A stretch of 64,000 nt of DNA. Source: Candidatus Thorarchaeota archaeon. Lineage in GTDB: Archaea > Asgardarchaeota > Thorarchaeia > Thorarchaeales > Thorarchaeaceae. Location of the stretch: positions 37,994-101,993 of the forward strand of contig RDNZ01000002.1 in assembly GCA_011364905.1 (NCBI GenBank), given 5' to 3'. Of this stretch, positions 10,293 through 20,684 are shown piece after piece (within the stretch, counting starts at the first letter, position 1; each line of letters begins with the position of its first letter). Made by a program: the position numbers and the translations under genes. The notes beneath the pieces were generated by a model. That model was not told the origin of the DNA, did not search any database, and saw nothing but the letters and a program-made list of their open reading frames with translations.

Positions 10293-10940
10293 CTAACTTC
10301 TGTATTTTCGTACTTCGCTCTCAGTGACACGAAGCGTTAGAAGAAGGAAGTCTTGTCCATATGTTCGCAGTATCAAACCTATTTCACCAAGTAAATCAGG
10401 TAATTCAGTCCGCACATACTCAAATAGTGCTTCTTCAGATTCCTTGAGGGCGTCCAGCATATTGGCAACATAAGCATGAACTGCTTTCTTACTGATTTTG
10501 CCAGTTTCCTTTAGCATCCACTTTTCCAGAGCTGCCTGTATCTCTTGGCTGATTTTATCTGTGTCTTCAACAACCTCAGTGGTGACTTTTGAACGAATCT
10601 TCTTGCCAAATTCAGGTTTTGCTCTTAAACTGCCCAACGCAAGTCGCATCTCATCGAGAGGTTTGTGCGGACGGATCTCTTCCCCAATGCTTTTGTCAAC
10701 GAGAAGGCGGCGATAGGCACGTTTTCCATGGAGTTTTAGAGATGAAACATATCCCTTTGCTTCCATGTCTCGCAGATAGTTTCTGAATGTCTCCTCAGTA
10801 ACCAGAGAACGTGACGCAGATAGACGGATGTACCTCTGGTAAAGAGAATCTTCCAGCTCAAGAACAGCCCACCCAAATGAGCGCATTATATCTAACTCAA
10901 GAGATGTGGGACTATCAGTCTCGCCTCCGCTCTCAGACAA
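10293..10940 (-). CDS. Hypothetical protein, possible winged-helix N-terminal domain
   Basis: Long open frame. Start moved to TTG 10940 (GAGGT just upstream), which removes the head-to-head overlap with the divergent gene. FRNYLRDMEAKGYV looks like a wHTH recognition helix and wing. Confidence 0.6.
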   Translation of the reverse strand: MSESGGETDSPTSLELDIMRSFGWAVLELEDSLYQRYIRLSASRSLVTEETFRNYLRDMEAKGYVSSLKLHGKRAYRRLLVDKSIGEEIRPHKPLDEMRLALGSLRAKPEFGKKIRSKVTTEVVEDTDKISQEIQAALEKWMLKETGKISKKAVHAYVANMLDALKESEEALFEYVRTELPDLLGEIGLILRTYGQDFLLLTLRVTESEVRKYRS

Positions 10941-11056
10941 CGTAATACCTCTATAATACAGGGGAAATATCAATAGTTCGTCTAATAAATGTTCTAATAA
11001 TTCTCCCTTTGGAATAGCGTAAACCAGAAGTAGGTCTTGTGCTTTCACATCACTTG

Positions 11057-11860
11057 ATGGAGATTAACACAGAGTCGATTTACGATCTGCTTGCATCCGG
11101 TAATCACCTAGGTCTGAGTTCTACTATCGAAGAAGCTCTAATAGGGAATTCTCAATCCGAGACAGATTGGGATGAGATAATATCTGTTCTTCAGAAAGGA
11201 TGTCAGGAGATCTATCAGAAGCATTGGCTGAAGATACATCATATTGTGCTCTCGATTTTCGGGGTACCAGAACTCCGTGGCGTTGATTGCTCTCTTTTCA
11301 AGGAACTCCATTCAATTGGGCAACCAGAAGATATGGAACAAGCGTCAGATAACCTCTTTTCAATCTTGATTGAAACAACAAAGAAGCAGTTGCAGAGTGG
11401 GGGATCAACACTCTTCTTCAATGTTGATGGAATTTCCTCAACCAGGTCTGCAATCATTGTTTCAGAATTGGTCCAAGCGCGATTTCGCGAAGCTGTTTTT
11501 GTGTTGGAGGAAATTGACAAACTTTTGCCTAATTTAACAAAAGAATGGGTAAATGTGTCTCGTCTTTGGAGAACTGGGTATGGATATCGTATTCTGAAAT
11601 CAAGAAGTCTAAGTACAATCATTCATATCAAAGAATACGCTAGAATTCGAAAGCTACTCCTAGATGAATTAGATATCGATTCTGATAGAATTAGTGCTGT
11701 TGGGAACAAATTAAGAGAGAAGAACAACTCAACCTACTTGAATCTCTCAAAAACCCTAGATGAATTCGTTGCGGGTTTGATAGCATCTCATGGTATTCGT
11801 GGCACATTTGAACCACACTATAGGGATTGGATTGATCATGAGGGTTTGGATGAATTCTGA
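11057..11860 (+). CDS. Hypothetical protein
   Basis: About 267-aa open frame with normal composition; no motif recognised. Confidence 0.65.
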   Translation: MEINTESIYDLLASGNHLGLSSTIEEALIGNSQSETDWDEIISVLQKGCQEIYQKHWLKIHHIVLSIFGVPELRGVDCSLFKELHSIGQPEDMEQASDNLFSILIETTKKQLQSGGSTLFFNVDGISSTRSAIIVSELVQARFREAVFVLEEIDKLLPNLTKEWVNVSRLWRTGYGYRILKSRSLSTIIHIKEYARIRKLLLDELDIDSDRISAVGNKLREKNNSTYLNLSKTLDEFVAGLIASHGIRGTFEPHYRDWIDHEGLDEF

Positions 11861-11919
11861 CCAGCCCAAACATTGCCCGAATCAACACTGAGTCTATCAA
11901 CTTCTGCAGTTAGTCGAAA

Positions 11920-12717
11920 CTAGAACCAATCTTGGATGAGTGTGTCAATTGTTCCATCGTGAAGACCGGTTGAGATAGCTGAATTTATCTCAATGAGTAG
12001 ACTATCAGCAGGTCTAGCGACATAAAACACCCTTTGTCCTGTAACTACCTGAAGGACTGTCGTGATATTATAAAGAGATGCGTATACTGCCACAACAGGA
12101 GTTTCCACAAAAACAGCATCAACCGTCCCGGAATCCAACGCATCGAAAAGCGAGTCTGTTGTTTCATATCGCACAACACTCACAGTGCCAATTGCACTTA
12201 TTGTTTCATCCGCAATAGATCCCAATGGTACACCAACAGAATGGCCCGATAGGTCATCGAGAGTAGAAACTTGTAGTGTTGACTCGTTCATAACAACTAC
12301 AGACATATCTATCTGGAAGTATGGAATACTATGCTGAAGTCTTAAAGCCAAGTCTTCTGTTATTGGCTTAGCTGCTGCAATGACATCGATAGTCCCGACT
12401 TCACAAGCCTCAGCAAGAGCGTCAAGTGCTATATCTTGAAACTCCACTGTAACATTCAGATATGCGGCGATATACTCCATCAGATCGATATCGAATCCCA
12501 CAAAATCAGACGTTTCGTTGAGGTACTCAAAAGGAGGATAGTCAGGCCTTGTTCCCACAATTAGCATGCCCCGATTTACAACCGTTTCTAAAGAAGTGTC
12601 TTCTGGAGTTGCAGGAGGCCTCCCAGTTAGTATGAAAATCCCAAGCCCAAATCCAATAACCATGCCAATAACAAGGAAAGAAATACCAGTTATCGTTCTT
12701 TGATTCAAAACATTCAC
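11920..12717 (-). CDS. Amino-acid ABC transporter substrate-binding protein (SBP family 3), N-terminal membrane anchor
   Basis: GTRPDYPPFEY, VGFDIDLM, SIPYF, DALDSGTVDA; no permease or ATPase next to it. Confidence 0.88.
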   Translation of the reverse strand: MNVLNQRTITGISFLVIGMVIGFGLGIFILTGRPPATPEDTSLETVVNRGMLIVGTRPDYPPFEYLNETSDFVGFDIDLMEYIAAYLNVTVEFQDIALDALAEACEVGTIDVIAAAKPITEDLALRLQHSIPYFQIDMSVVVMNESTLQVSTLDDLSGHSVGVPLGSIADETISAIGTVSVVRYETTDSLFDALDSGTVDAVFVETPVVAVYASLYNITTVLQVVTGQRVFYVARPADSLLIEINSAISTGLHDGTIDTLIQDWF

Positions 12718-12854
12718 ACTCTGGTTCTATTGTTGATTGATGCGCACTTCGCTCTTTTACAGTCACACAAATATATTGCGATTGTAGCGGGCATGAACTA
12801 GTGGAACCAAACAGTAGAGGATAATACTAATGAGTACAAGAAGTCCAGAGGAAC

Positions 12855-13685
12855 GTGTCAATTAAAGGAATGGTAATTGTGTCTCAAACTGAAGTGGATA
12901 TTCAGGAATTAATCGAGGATCTCGGTCTTAATCCAAAGGATGCAGATAAGTGGCATAGTCTTGGAGTTGCATATCTTTCAATAAATGAAGCAGACAAGGC
13001 AGAGGATGCATTCAACCAGTGTCTTAGAATCAACAAAAACCATGCTTTTGCCCTGGGAGACCTTGGAGGACTATTCATTCTGAGAGGCAAAAACAAGAAA
13101 GCCGTCAAGTATTTGGAGAAATCTGTCAAACTCGAACCAGGGAGGTTCGAGTACTGGTCAACCCTTGGAGTTGCGTATTTCCAAAAAGGGAAGTTCGACG
13201 ATGCAGTAGAGGCATTCCAAAACAGCCTAGCAATAAATCCCACATACTACGATGCTATAGTGTCTCTAGGGATGACCTACAGCAGGATGGAACTGTGGGA
13301 GGACGCTCTTAAAACACTCACTCAGGCTGAAACATTTGTCCCCAACAATTACCATGCACTCAAAGGCATCGCGAAGTCGCTGAGGAACCTCGACAGGATG
13401 GAGGATCTTGAGCAATTGTATCGAAAGATGCACATGCTTTTCCCGAAAGACCCGGCTTTTGCCATGTATTTGGGAAAGATGGAATTCGATCGCGGTAATA
13501 CAAAAGAGGGCCTGGCTTACTACAGGAAAGCAGTCGAGATTGACCCTCGAGCACTTATTGGTTGGAAAGTTCTTTCAGAGGCACTTCATAAATTGGGGAT
13601 GCATGAGGAGGCTCAAAAGGCTCACTTGAAGTACAAGGAAATTGAAGAGCAGTTGAAAAAGGAGAATGTTCGTTTGGTTGGGTAG
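12855..13685 (+). CDS. Tetratricopeptide repeat protein
   Basis: Repeated helical units of about 34 aa (W..LG.AY...A..AF...L.INP). Confidence 0.88.
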   Translation: MSIKGMVIVSQTEVDIQELIEDLGLNPKDADKWHSLGVAYLSINEADKAEDAFNQCLRINKNHAFALGDLGGLFILRGKNKKAVKYLEKSVKLEPGRFEYWSTLGVAYFQKGKFDDAVEAFQNSLAINPTYYDAIVSLGMTYSRMELWEDALKTLTQAETFVPNNYHALKGIAKSLRNLDRMEDLEQLYRKMHMLFPKDPAFAMYLGKMEFDRGNTKEGLAYYRKAVEIDPRALIGWKVLSEALHKLGMHEEAQKAHLKYKEIEEQLKKENVRLVG

Positions 13686-13766
13686 CTAAATAGAAACTGG
13701 AAAATGCACATTCTAGCCACCAGACTCTCCAAAGGGCTTTGGAACTAAGTAAGCTTTGATAAAAAC

Positions 13767-14543
13767 TTAGCCAAATTTGAAACTGGTCATGGAAATTGAG
13801 CCAAGAATGATTCTCTGATTATGTATATCATAGGTCCAATCCGATCCAGCTGCACCTTTTGCATAAAGAAGGGGAAGATAGTGATCCAAGGTCGGATGTG
13901 CTTTCTTTACCAGGTCTTGCAGATTCGGGAAATCAATGAGCATCTCGATATCTTTTTCATTGAGAGCACTCAAGACTACATTTTCAAATTCCAGCGCATA
14001 TTTGTGAATCGAACCGGGGTTGTGCCAATCAACTGCAAGAAGGTTATGCACCAGATTGCCGCTCCCGATGATGAGAACCCCCTGATCCCGGAGGAAAGCC
14101 AAACGCTTTCCAAGTTCAAAATGGAAACGAGGCGGTTTTGTATAATCAATGCTGAGTTGAAGTGTGGGGATGTTGGCGTCAGGGTACATTTGTCTCAGAA
14201 CGACCCAGGTCCCATGATCGAGCCCCCAGGATTGATCAGGTCTAATAGAAATGTCCTTGATTGACTCAGAGATGGTGTTTGCAAGTTCAGGTGCTCCCGG
14301 AGCAGGATACTGTTGTTCGTATAGCGCGGGAGGAAATCCATAGAAATCATAGATTGTTTTTGGTCGCTCCATTGCTGTCACTTTAGTTGAAGGAATGAAC
14401 CAGTGAGCTGAAACACAAAGAATGGCGTTAGGAATTGCGATTGATTCTGCAATCTCTCTCCATCCCTCCGTAAACTCGTTTTCTTCAACCGCATTCATCG
14501 GAGACCCGTGACCAACAAAAAGCGTAGGCATTCTTGCAGACAT
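13767..14543 (-). CDS. ygiD: 4,5-DOPA dioxygenase extradiol (LigB/YgiD family)
   Basis: PTLFVGHGSPM, SAHW, TIYDFYGFP, GLDHGTW, GSGNLVHNL, AHPTLDHYLPL. Confidence 0.92.
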   Translation of the reverse strand: MSARMPTLFVGHGSPMNAVEENEFTEGWREIAESIAIPNAILCVSAHWFIPSTKVTAMERPKTIYDFYGFPPALYEQQYPAPGAPELANTISESIKDISIRPDQSWGLDHGTWVVLRQMYPDANIPTLQLSIDYTKPPRFHFELGKRLAFLRDQGVLIIGSGNLVHNLLAVDWHNPGSIHKYALEFENVVLSALNEKDIEMLIDFPNLQDLVKKAHPTLDHYLPLLYAKGAAGSDWTYDIHNQRIILGSISMTSFKFG

Positions 14544-14659
14544 GTTTTATCACGCTAAATCAGAACCTATTGCTATAAACAGTGATGTAGCTGCATCTTT
14601 GAAATTGTCGTCAGATAGGTATGGTTAATTTCCAATGGTTGATGCATAGCACGGTCAAA

Positions 14660-17047
14660 ATGATAAGAGAACTAAAAGCTGAGGAAGTAAGAGCAGCATT
14701 TGAGAGAGGAAAAATGCAGTGTAAGACCACTGCTGAAATTTCGCCACTCGACGAAATCATCGGGCAGGGTCGAGCATTACGTGCATTGAAGTTTGGTTTC
14801 GAGATAGACGAAAAAGGTTTCAATATCTATGCTGCAGGCCAACCAGGAACTGGAAAAACAACTACTGTGGAAGGATACCTTGAAGATGTTGCTAAGTCCA
14901 GACTTCCTCCATTTGATTGGTGTTATGTTCACAATTTCAAGTCACCAGCAGAACCTAATGCCATTAGACTGCCACAAGGACATGCTATGGATTTCAAGAA
15001 GGACATTGGAAATCTGATTGATAATGTGAAAAAAGTTCTCCCAGAGATTTTTCAGAGTGAGGACTATGCCAACAGGAAGAAAGCTGCTTTAGAATCAGCA
15101 GAAAAGCAAAGAAATGATTTACTCGCAGAAATTAGTAAGAAAGCCACAACAAAGGGATTTGCGCTCCAAAGTTCGCCAAGCGGTCTCCTCGTAGTACCCA
15201 CGCTTGAGGGACGACCTCTTGATCAGAAGGAGTTCGCCGCCCTCAGTCCAGACGAAATGGCAAAAATAGCTAAAGCTCGTGAAGAGCTGGAGGGTGAACT
15301 CAGAAATACAATGCACGAATTGAGAGAAATCGACTCCAAGGCAAAAGAAGCACTTGAGGAATTGAATCGAAAAGTTGCACTGTACGCAATTGACCACTTT
15401 GTCGATTATCTTAAAGAAAAATACTCCAAGATTGAGGAAGTTGTGAAATACCTGGAGTCGATTCAAGAAGACATTCTTGACAATCTTGATGCATTCGTCA
15501 TGGATTCCGATGCTCCGCCTCCTTCTCAAGAAGCGGCAATAGCTATTATCCAGTTCTTTAGGAAATATGAAGTCAATGTTCTTGTAAACAACGAGGGGGT
15601 ATCTGGTGCACCGGTAATCGTGGAGCCAAATCCAACGCATCTCAATCTCTTTGGGCAAGCTGAGAAGGAAGCAAGATTCGGAGTCCTAACGACAGATTTC
15701 ACGTTGATACGTCCCGGGAGCCTTCATAAAGCCAATGGAGGCTATCTAATAATTCCAATACAAGAGTTGCTTGCAGCCCCATTTGCATATGACAGTTTGA
15801 AGAGAGCACTGAAGAACGAAGAGATAACAATTGAAGATGCGCAGGAGTCTTCGGGAGTATTGACTGCCAGAGGACTCAAACCCGAACCAATGAAACTCAA
15901 AGTCAAGGTGGTTCTAATTGGAAATCCTGAATTGTATGACTTGCTGTACACAAAAGATCCTGACTTCAGAGAGTTGTTCAAGGTGAAAGCTCATTTCGAT
16001 TCCTCAATGGATCGAAATGATGAAAATATCGCAAAGTATTGTGCGGCCATAACTTCTGTGTGTGAAAAAGAAGGACTAAAACATCTAGACACGGAGGCAA
16101 TTGCCAAGGTCATAGAATACAGTTCGAGACTGGCAGAGGACCAAAGCAAGGTTTCCACTAGATTCTCGGAGGTAGCGGACATAATTCGTGAGGCGACCTT
16201 CTACGCTGAGAAAGAGAATGTTGAGTACGTGACTGGTTCACATGTGGCGAAGGCAATTGAGGAGAAGATATACCGCTCGAATTTGGTACAAGAGAAAATA
16301 CAAGAAATGATCTCACGAAACATGATACTTATCGATACGGAAGGAGAGAAGGTCGGTCAACTAAACGGATTGGCAGTCATAAGTTATGGAGATGTGTCCT
16401 TTGGTGGTCCATCAAGAATAACTGCAAGTGTTGGTGCGGGAAGGCAAGGTATTGTTGATATTGAGAGAGAAGCGAATCTAGGTGGCCCGATACACACCAA
16501 AGGAGTCATGATTCTTGGAGGATTTCTTTCCCGGTTATTTGCATACAACAAACCTCTTGGTCTGGCGGCTAGGCTCGTATTCGAACAAAGCTACTCTGGA
16601 GTAGATGGTGATAGTGCGTCTAGTACAGAGCTCTATGCAATCCTATCAGAACTCTCAGGTGTCCCTGTGAAGCAGCAATATGCGGTCACTGGATCAGTGA
16701 ATCAAAATGGTGAAGTTCAGGCGATTGGTGGAGTCAATGAGAAGATTGAGGGTTTCTTTGATGTATGTAAAGTCAAAGGTTTCACTGGCGTACAAGGAGT
16801 AGTGATTCCAGAAAGCAATGCACAGAATCTAATGCTGAGAGAGGATATTGTGGAGGCAGTCAAGGCTGGAAAATTCCATATCATCACAGTAAGCACCATA
16901 GCGGAAGGGATTGAAGTCTTGACAGGTATGAAAGCAGGTGAGAAACAGCCTGATGGCTCATTTGAAAAAGACACGGTTTACTACAAGGTTGACATGCGCC
17001 TTAGTGAGATGGCTGAAGTTCTTAAACAATATCCGGGCTATGTCTAG
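14660..17047 (+). CDS. Lon-like protease of the LonC type (AAA domain plus Lon protease domain)
   Basis: Walker A GQPGTGKT, GSLHKANGGYL, Ser-Lys dyad motifs VDGDSAS and IGGVNEKIEGFF; coiled-coil insertion, no transmembrane segment. Start taken at MIRELKAEE. Confidence 0.88.
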   Translation: MIRELKAEEVRAAFERGKMQCKTTAEISPLDEIIGQGRALRALKFGFEIDEKGFNIYAAGQPGTGKTTTVEGYLEDVAKSRLPPFDWCYVHNFKSPAEPNAIRLPQGHAMDFKKDIGNLIDNVKKVLPEIFQSEDYANRKKAALESAEKQRNDLLAEISKKATTKGFALQSSPSGLLVVPTLEGRPLDQKEFAALSPDEMAKIAKAREELEGELRNTMHELREIDSKAKEALEELNRKVALYAIDHFVDYLKEKYSKIEEVVKYLESIQEDILDNLDAFVMDSDAPPPSQEAAIAIIQFFRKYEVNVLVNNEGVSGAPVIVEPNPTHLNLFGQAEKEARFGVLTTDFTLIRPGSLHKANGGYLIIPIQELLAAPFAYDSLKRALKNEEITIEDAQESSGVLTARGLKPEPMKLKVKVVLIGNPELYDLLYTKDPDFRELFKVKAHFDSSMDRNDENIAKYCAAITSVCEKEGLKHLDTEAIAKVIEYSSRLAEDQSKVSTRFSEVADIIREATFYAEKENVEYVTGSHVAKAIEEKIYRSNLVQEKIQEMISRNMILIDTEGEKVGQLNGLAVISYGDVSFGGPSRITASVGAGRQGIVDIEREANLGGPIHTKGVMILGGFLSRLFAYNKPLGLAARLVFEQSYSGVDGDSASSTELYAILSELSGVPVKQQYAVTGSVNQNGEVQAIGGVNEKIEGFFDVCKVKGFTGVQGVVIPESNAQNLMLREDIVEAVKAGKFHIITVSTIAEGIEVLTGMKAGEKQPDGSFEKDTVYYKVDMRLSEMAEVLKQYPGYV

Positions 17048-17118
17048 AGTGGCAGAGTACTAGTCTTTGGGGAGTTTGCTCGGGAAAATGCGGATCCCCC
17101 ATTCCATTGTGCAATGAC

Positions 17119-17817
17119 CTAGAGCAGAAATACAGCGAGAATTCCAGTCAAGAAGACTCCATCCCAGGTGCCCGCCCCACCAATTGATGCCTTTCCTGTT
17201 CTCAGACTGGATAGTTTACCCAAATTGGATATGTCAGCTCCTATCAAAGTGCCAAGTGTGCCAGAAACATAAGCAAGGGCGTATCCATTATAGGATCCTG
17301 GAATGACAGTAATCATTGCGATGGTAACAAAAACTGCCACCAAAGCCGGGAGTAAACCGGGAGTTAGAATTCCAACATTTGGCTCGAGCCTTGCAACCCT
17401 GTGAACAACAAGGCCGACAATTGTAACAGCGATCACAAACTGAATGATAGCAGTCGGATTTACTACTACTAAGTAGCCACTGACCAAAATAGGGATGATT
17501 GCTCCGCCAAGATTAATGCTAATCTGCGTTTCGCCGGGACATTCGGGTTGAAAGACCTGATAGTTCACACCATAATAAGCAACATGTGTTTCATCCGTGC
17601 AAGGAGCCGGATCGGATTCGATTGTGTACAGAGGTATGTTAACTACACTACCAAGAAGTGAACCAGGTATGATTAGAATAACTAACCAAAGTGGAATTCC
17701 AAGGTTCAGAAAAGCAATCCCAGCAGCTTGAAGAAAGAACAAGCTTAGAATTGCAAAGGCAATGATTGTGAATGCAGAAAAACTGCCTTTTCCATGTTGA
17801 AGCCGTACTTGACTCAT
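17119..17817 (-). CDS. DUF1614 family membrane protein
   Basis: LLGSVVNIPL, INLGGAIIP, GTLGTLIGADI, SIGGAGTWDGVFLTG. Confidence 0.88.
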   Translation of the reverse strand: MSQVRLQHGKGSFSAFTIIAFAILSLFFLQAAGIAFLNLGIPLWLVILIIPGSLLGSVVNIPLYTIESDPAPCTDETHVAYYGVNYQVFQPECPGETQISINLGGAIIPILVSGYLVVVNPTAIIQFVIAVTIVGLVVHRVARLEPNVGILTPGLLPALVAVFVTIAMITVIPGSYNGYALAYVSGTLGTLIGADISNLGKLSSLRTGKASIGGAGTWDGVFLTGILAVFLL

Positions 17818-17917
17818 CCTAGTTCAGAAGTTTCTTTCTTTAATATGCTTTTGAAAATTCTTGTATGTAGAAGAAGCGAACTCCAGCTTGAAACTCATTT
17901 GACAGTTAAGTTGCTTG

Positions 17918-18466
17918 CTAATCTTTGGGGAGTCCGAAATATCTTGGAGTTTCCCTCAAGTATGTCTGATATGACTCGCCGTATTTCTTAGTCAAAAACT
18001 CCTCCTCAAGTAGAGTAGTCCAGTGAAGATAGGGAATGGTAATGAAGAAATACAGAAGGAAAATCAGGCTCCAGATTGAATTGGACCAGCCAATAAGTGT
18101 CAGACCCAGGAAAAAGATGGCCCATCCGAGATATATTGGATTTCTTGAGTATCGATGAATTCGTGTTGTTGTGAGTCCGGAGTTGTGAGCAAACGAATAA
18201 AGTGCCATCACACCGATAGCCATTCCCGCAATAGAAATACTTAGACCGATGTAAAACAGAATTCCGAAATTCACAGGGGTAAAAATACTGACTATGAATC
18301 CCCCAATGATCCAGGTCAAAGCACCTGCAACTACCTTTTTACCTGCAAACAGGAACTCAGGATCGTCAAACGGTTCACCCCGTTTTCTGTTTGCCCATGT
18401 TTGAATAGAATAAGCGATGATATAGCCTCCAAGGTAGAAAACCCATAGATTGAAGATGCCAACCAA
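17918..18466 (-). CDS. Isoprenylcysteine carboxyl methyltransferase / PEMT-like membrane methyltransferase
   Basis: YSRNPIYLG and EEEFL..KYGESY..Y...TPRY. Confidence 0.85.
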   Translation of the reverse strand: MVGIFNLWVFYLGGYIIAYSIQTWANRKRGEPFDDPEFLFAGKKVVAGALTWIIGGFIVSIFTPVNFGILFYIGLSISIAGMAIGVMALYSFAHNSGLTTTRIHRYSRNPIYLGWAIFFLGLTLIGWSNSIWSLIFLLYFFITIPYLHWTTLLEEEFLTKKYGESYQTYLRETPRYFGLPKD

Positions 18467-18644
18467 GTATTATCGACCTCCCGGAAAAGAATGAAACTAA
18501 CTTTCCAATGAACTGGCAAAATATCACGCTTATAAGTTACTAGTTTTGGAAACAAAAGCATGCATAGGATTTGTGCTGAAACGGAGCACAAATGAATCCA
18601 TCAAAAGAGAAAAGGAACTCTGGGATTTACGGAAAGAAAAGGTA

Positions 18645-18667
18645 GGTGCAGAGATCACCCCTGCACC
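18645..18667 (-). terminator. Stem-loop followed by a T-rich tract (putative terminator of 18684..19112)
   Basis: GGTGCAG/CTGCACC 7-bp stem; on the minus strand followed by TACCTTTTCTTT. Confidence 0.45.
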
Positions 18668-18683
18668 AAATTGATACTCTCCC

Positions 18684-19112
18684 TCATTTCTTCATCTTGG
18701 CTTCGTAGAAAGCATAAATGAAGAGTAACAAGAGAAATGTTGTCAATGCAACTTGTGCAAACATTACAACGGGAATAATAGCAATTGCAATTGCGTACAG
18801 CTCTACAATGAGTCCGATTATCAAAAATGTCAGATTCATGTAGACGACAAGTTCAACATTCTCCCAAGATGAGGCACGATAGGCAAGTAGATTGCCAATA
18901 GCGAATCCGAGGAACAAAGCACCAATGAAGCGATCTGCAAACTCCTCATATGGGAAGGTGAACAGATCTGCATGAGATTTAGGGATTATTAGCATCCAAA
19001 GGCCATAGACAAGAGCAACTAGTCCATCAATCAATAATGAATATTTCAGAAACTTCGAAATCTCCATTTTCTTACCACCACGTCCATTTTGAACAGGACC
19101 ATAAGAACTCAT
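18684..19112 (-). CDS. Hypothetical membrane protein (about 4 TM)
   Basis: Four hydrophobic segments; true start is probably a later ATG (MEISKFLK). Confidence 0.7.
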   Translation of the reverse strand: MSSYGPVQNGRGGKKMEISKFLKYSLLIDGLVALVYGLWMLIIPKSHADLFTFPYEEFADRFIGALFLGFAIGNLLAYRASSWENVELVVYMNLTFLIIGLIVELYAIAIAIIPVVMFAQVALTTFLLLLFIYAFYEAKMKK

Positions 19113-19198
19113 AGAACTTTGATTAAAATCTTGTGTGAAAAAAAGAGTTTGTATTGGAATTGTATAATCGGAATAGAAATGGGGATATTTCTCGGATT

Positions 19199-20599
19199 CT
19201 AGTCTTCAACAAGTGTGTTTTGAAAACTGAATCCTTTCCACAAGAGCAATGCTCCGATACTTGACACCAGACCACTCAACAAAAGCACTACAGGAATGCC
19301 AGAAACCGAGATTAACCAACCAATAAGAGCAACTTGAGGTATTGCAGCCAACACTACAAGAGTAGGTAACAATGAGTAGACTCCGTTTCGAATTCTATTG
19401 GGAATAACATCAATCAATACACGGATCCATAGAATAGCTGCGACAGTGAAGAAAACTCCTCCACCAAACCATACTGTGAGAATTAGGAAAATTGGCACGA
19501 TTGATTCAGAGGGCACCTTAAGGAATACTATGTTTGTGAATGGAATAGCAACATCGATCAGCTCCGAATTGACCAGTGATGGAGGGAAAACGAGCATGAT
19601 TATCGCGAAGAGCCAAAAGAACAATGCTCCTGAGGACTGAATGAATCTAAAACGAGAGACCCATCTTCTGGGTTCAAACCTTTTAGCCCAAACTCCTGAT
19701 CGCTCCCAGAGAAATGCGAACACGACAAACACAGTTGTCATCAGAAGAGCTACTGCAAAGTCAGAGGTCAAGTATTCATACAGATATGGATACATGATCA
19801 GCTCGGCCCATGTGAATCCAATGCTCAGGAATAGAGTATTCCCAAGAATGATGTACTTCAGAAAAGGACTGCTAATGATATGTCGGGCGCCTTCTTTCAG
19901 GAGTGAGAAGTACTTGACTTCAACTTCATCTGTTTGTCCAAGCTCGCGTTTGATAGGGATATCACGAACTAGCATGACCGAAGCGACAGCAATCAGCATA
20001 CAAGCTATGGACTGTATTTGAAATACGAAAGCGCGTGCAACCAGTACTGCAATAAAAGCTCCGGGCAAGATAGCAAGAGCACGTGAGATCCTGAGGAACA
20101 TAGCCTGCTTTCCCACGAAGACACCGTAATGCGCTTTATCGTTGTCCTCAGGAACCGTCAACGTGTAGTTGTTATCAAACCACGAGTCAAGTGCGCCACT
20201 CTCTTGTGATGCAGCGACACCCATCAGGATATACACTACCAGAAACAGACCAAATGGTGAACTTGCAGTGATTAGTGAAACTATGTAAAAAGCAGCTGAA
20301 TACGTCAGAAATGCTGAGGCTAGTACCCATCGCTGGCCAACCAGGTCTCCAAGTGTACCTGTGGGGTAATCAAGAAGAGTCTGCACAACTTTTTGAACAA
20401 CTATGAACACGCCTGCCAGCGCCAAGCCGTTGATATAGGAGCCATTCCCTAGAGCCTCTGCGATGAATATGAGGTAGAAGGTAGCCGAGATACTAATTGC
20501 CGCAGTCATTGATGTCGATAGGCCAAGAAAGGTGGCGGCTAGCCTAGTTACCTCTGGTTTTTCTCCCTGTAGACCAAAGTAAGAAGTGATTCTACCCAC
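19199..20599 (-). CDS. MFS transporter (paralogue of 54756..56174)
   Basis: About 12 TMs; DYPTGTLGDLVGQR loop motif; SGALDSWFDNN. Confidence 0.88.
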   Translation of the reverse strand: MGRITSYFGLQGEKPEVTRLAATFLGLSTSMTAAISISATFYLIFIAEALGNGSYINGLALAGVFIVVQKVVQTLLDYPTGTLGDLVGQRWVLASAFLTYSAAFYIVSLITASSPFGLFLVVYILMGVAASQESGALDSWFDNNYTLTVPEDNDKAHYGVFVGKQAMFLRISRALAILPGAFIAVLVARAFVFQIQSIACMLIAVASVMLVRDIPIKRELGQTDEVEVKYFSLLKEGARHIISSPFLKYIILGNTLFLSIGFTWAELIMYPYLYEYLTSDFAVALLMTTVFVVFAFLWERSGVWAKRFEPRRWVSRFRFIQSSGALFFWLFAIIMLVFPPSLVNSELIDVAIPFTNIVFLKVPSESIVPIFLILTVWFGGGVFFTVAAILWIRVLIDVIPNRIRNGVYSLLPTLVVLAAIPQVALIGWLISVSGIPVVLLLSGLVSSIGALLLWKGFSFQNTLVED

Positions 20600-20602
20600 A
20601 CG

Positions 20603-20684
20603 TATTACCCTGTACTAGATTGAAAGTCGCTTACTAATAATTCGTACGTCAAGAAGAAGTGGAGCCGGCTCTGGGATTTGCACC
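20603..20684 (-). repeat. 82-bp direct repeat, copy 1 (tRNA-Cys 3' end plus downstream flank)
   Basis: Aligns without gaps to 22641..22722 with 7 mismatches (75/82), counted by eye. Confidence 0.92.

Noticed and set aside
13734-13749. TCCAAAG-GG-CTTTGGA palindrome
   Set aside because: It lies between convergent genes, has too short a loop for a stable hairpin, and occurs once.
18618-18628. 11-nt match CTCTGGGATTT to the tRNA-Cys 3' region (possible sixth copy)
   Set aside because: The flanks do not align on either side; it is too short to separate from chance.
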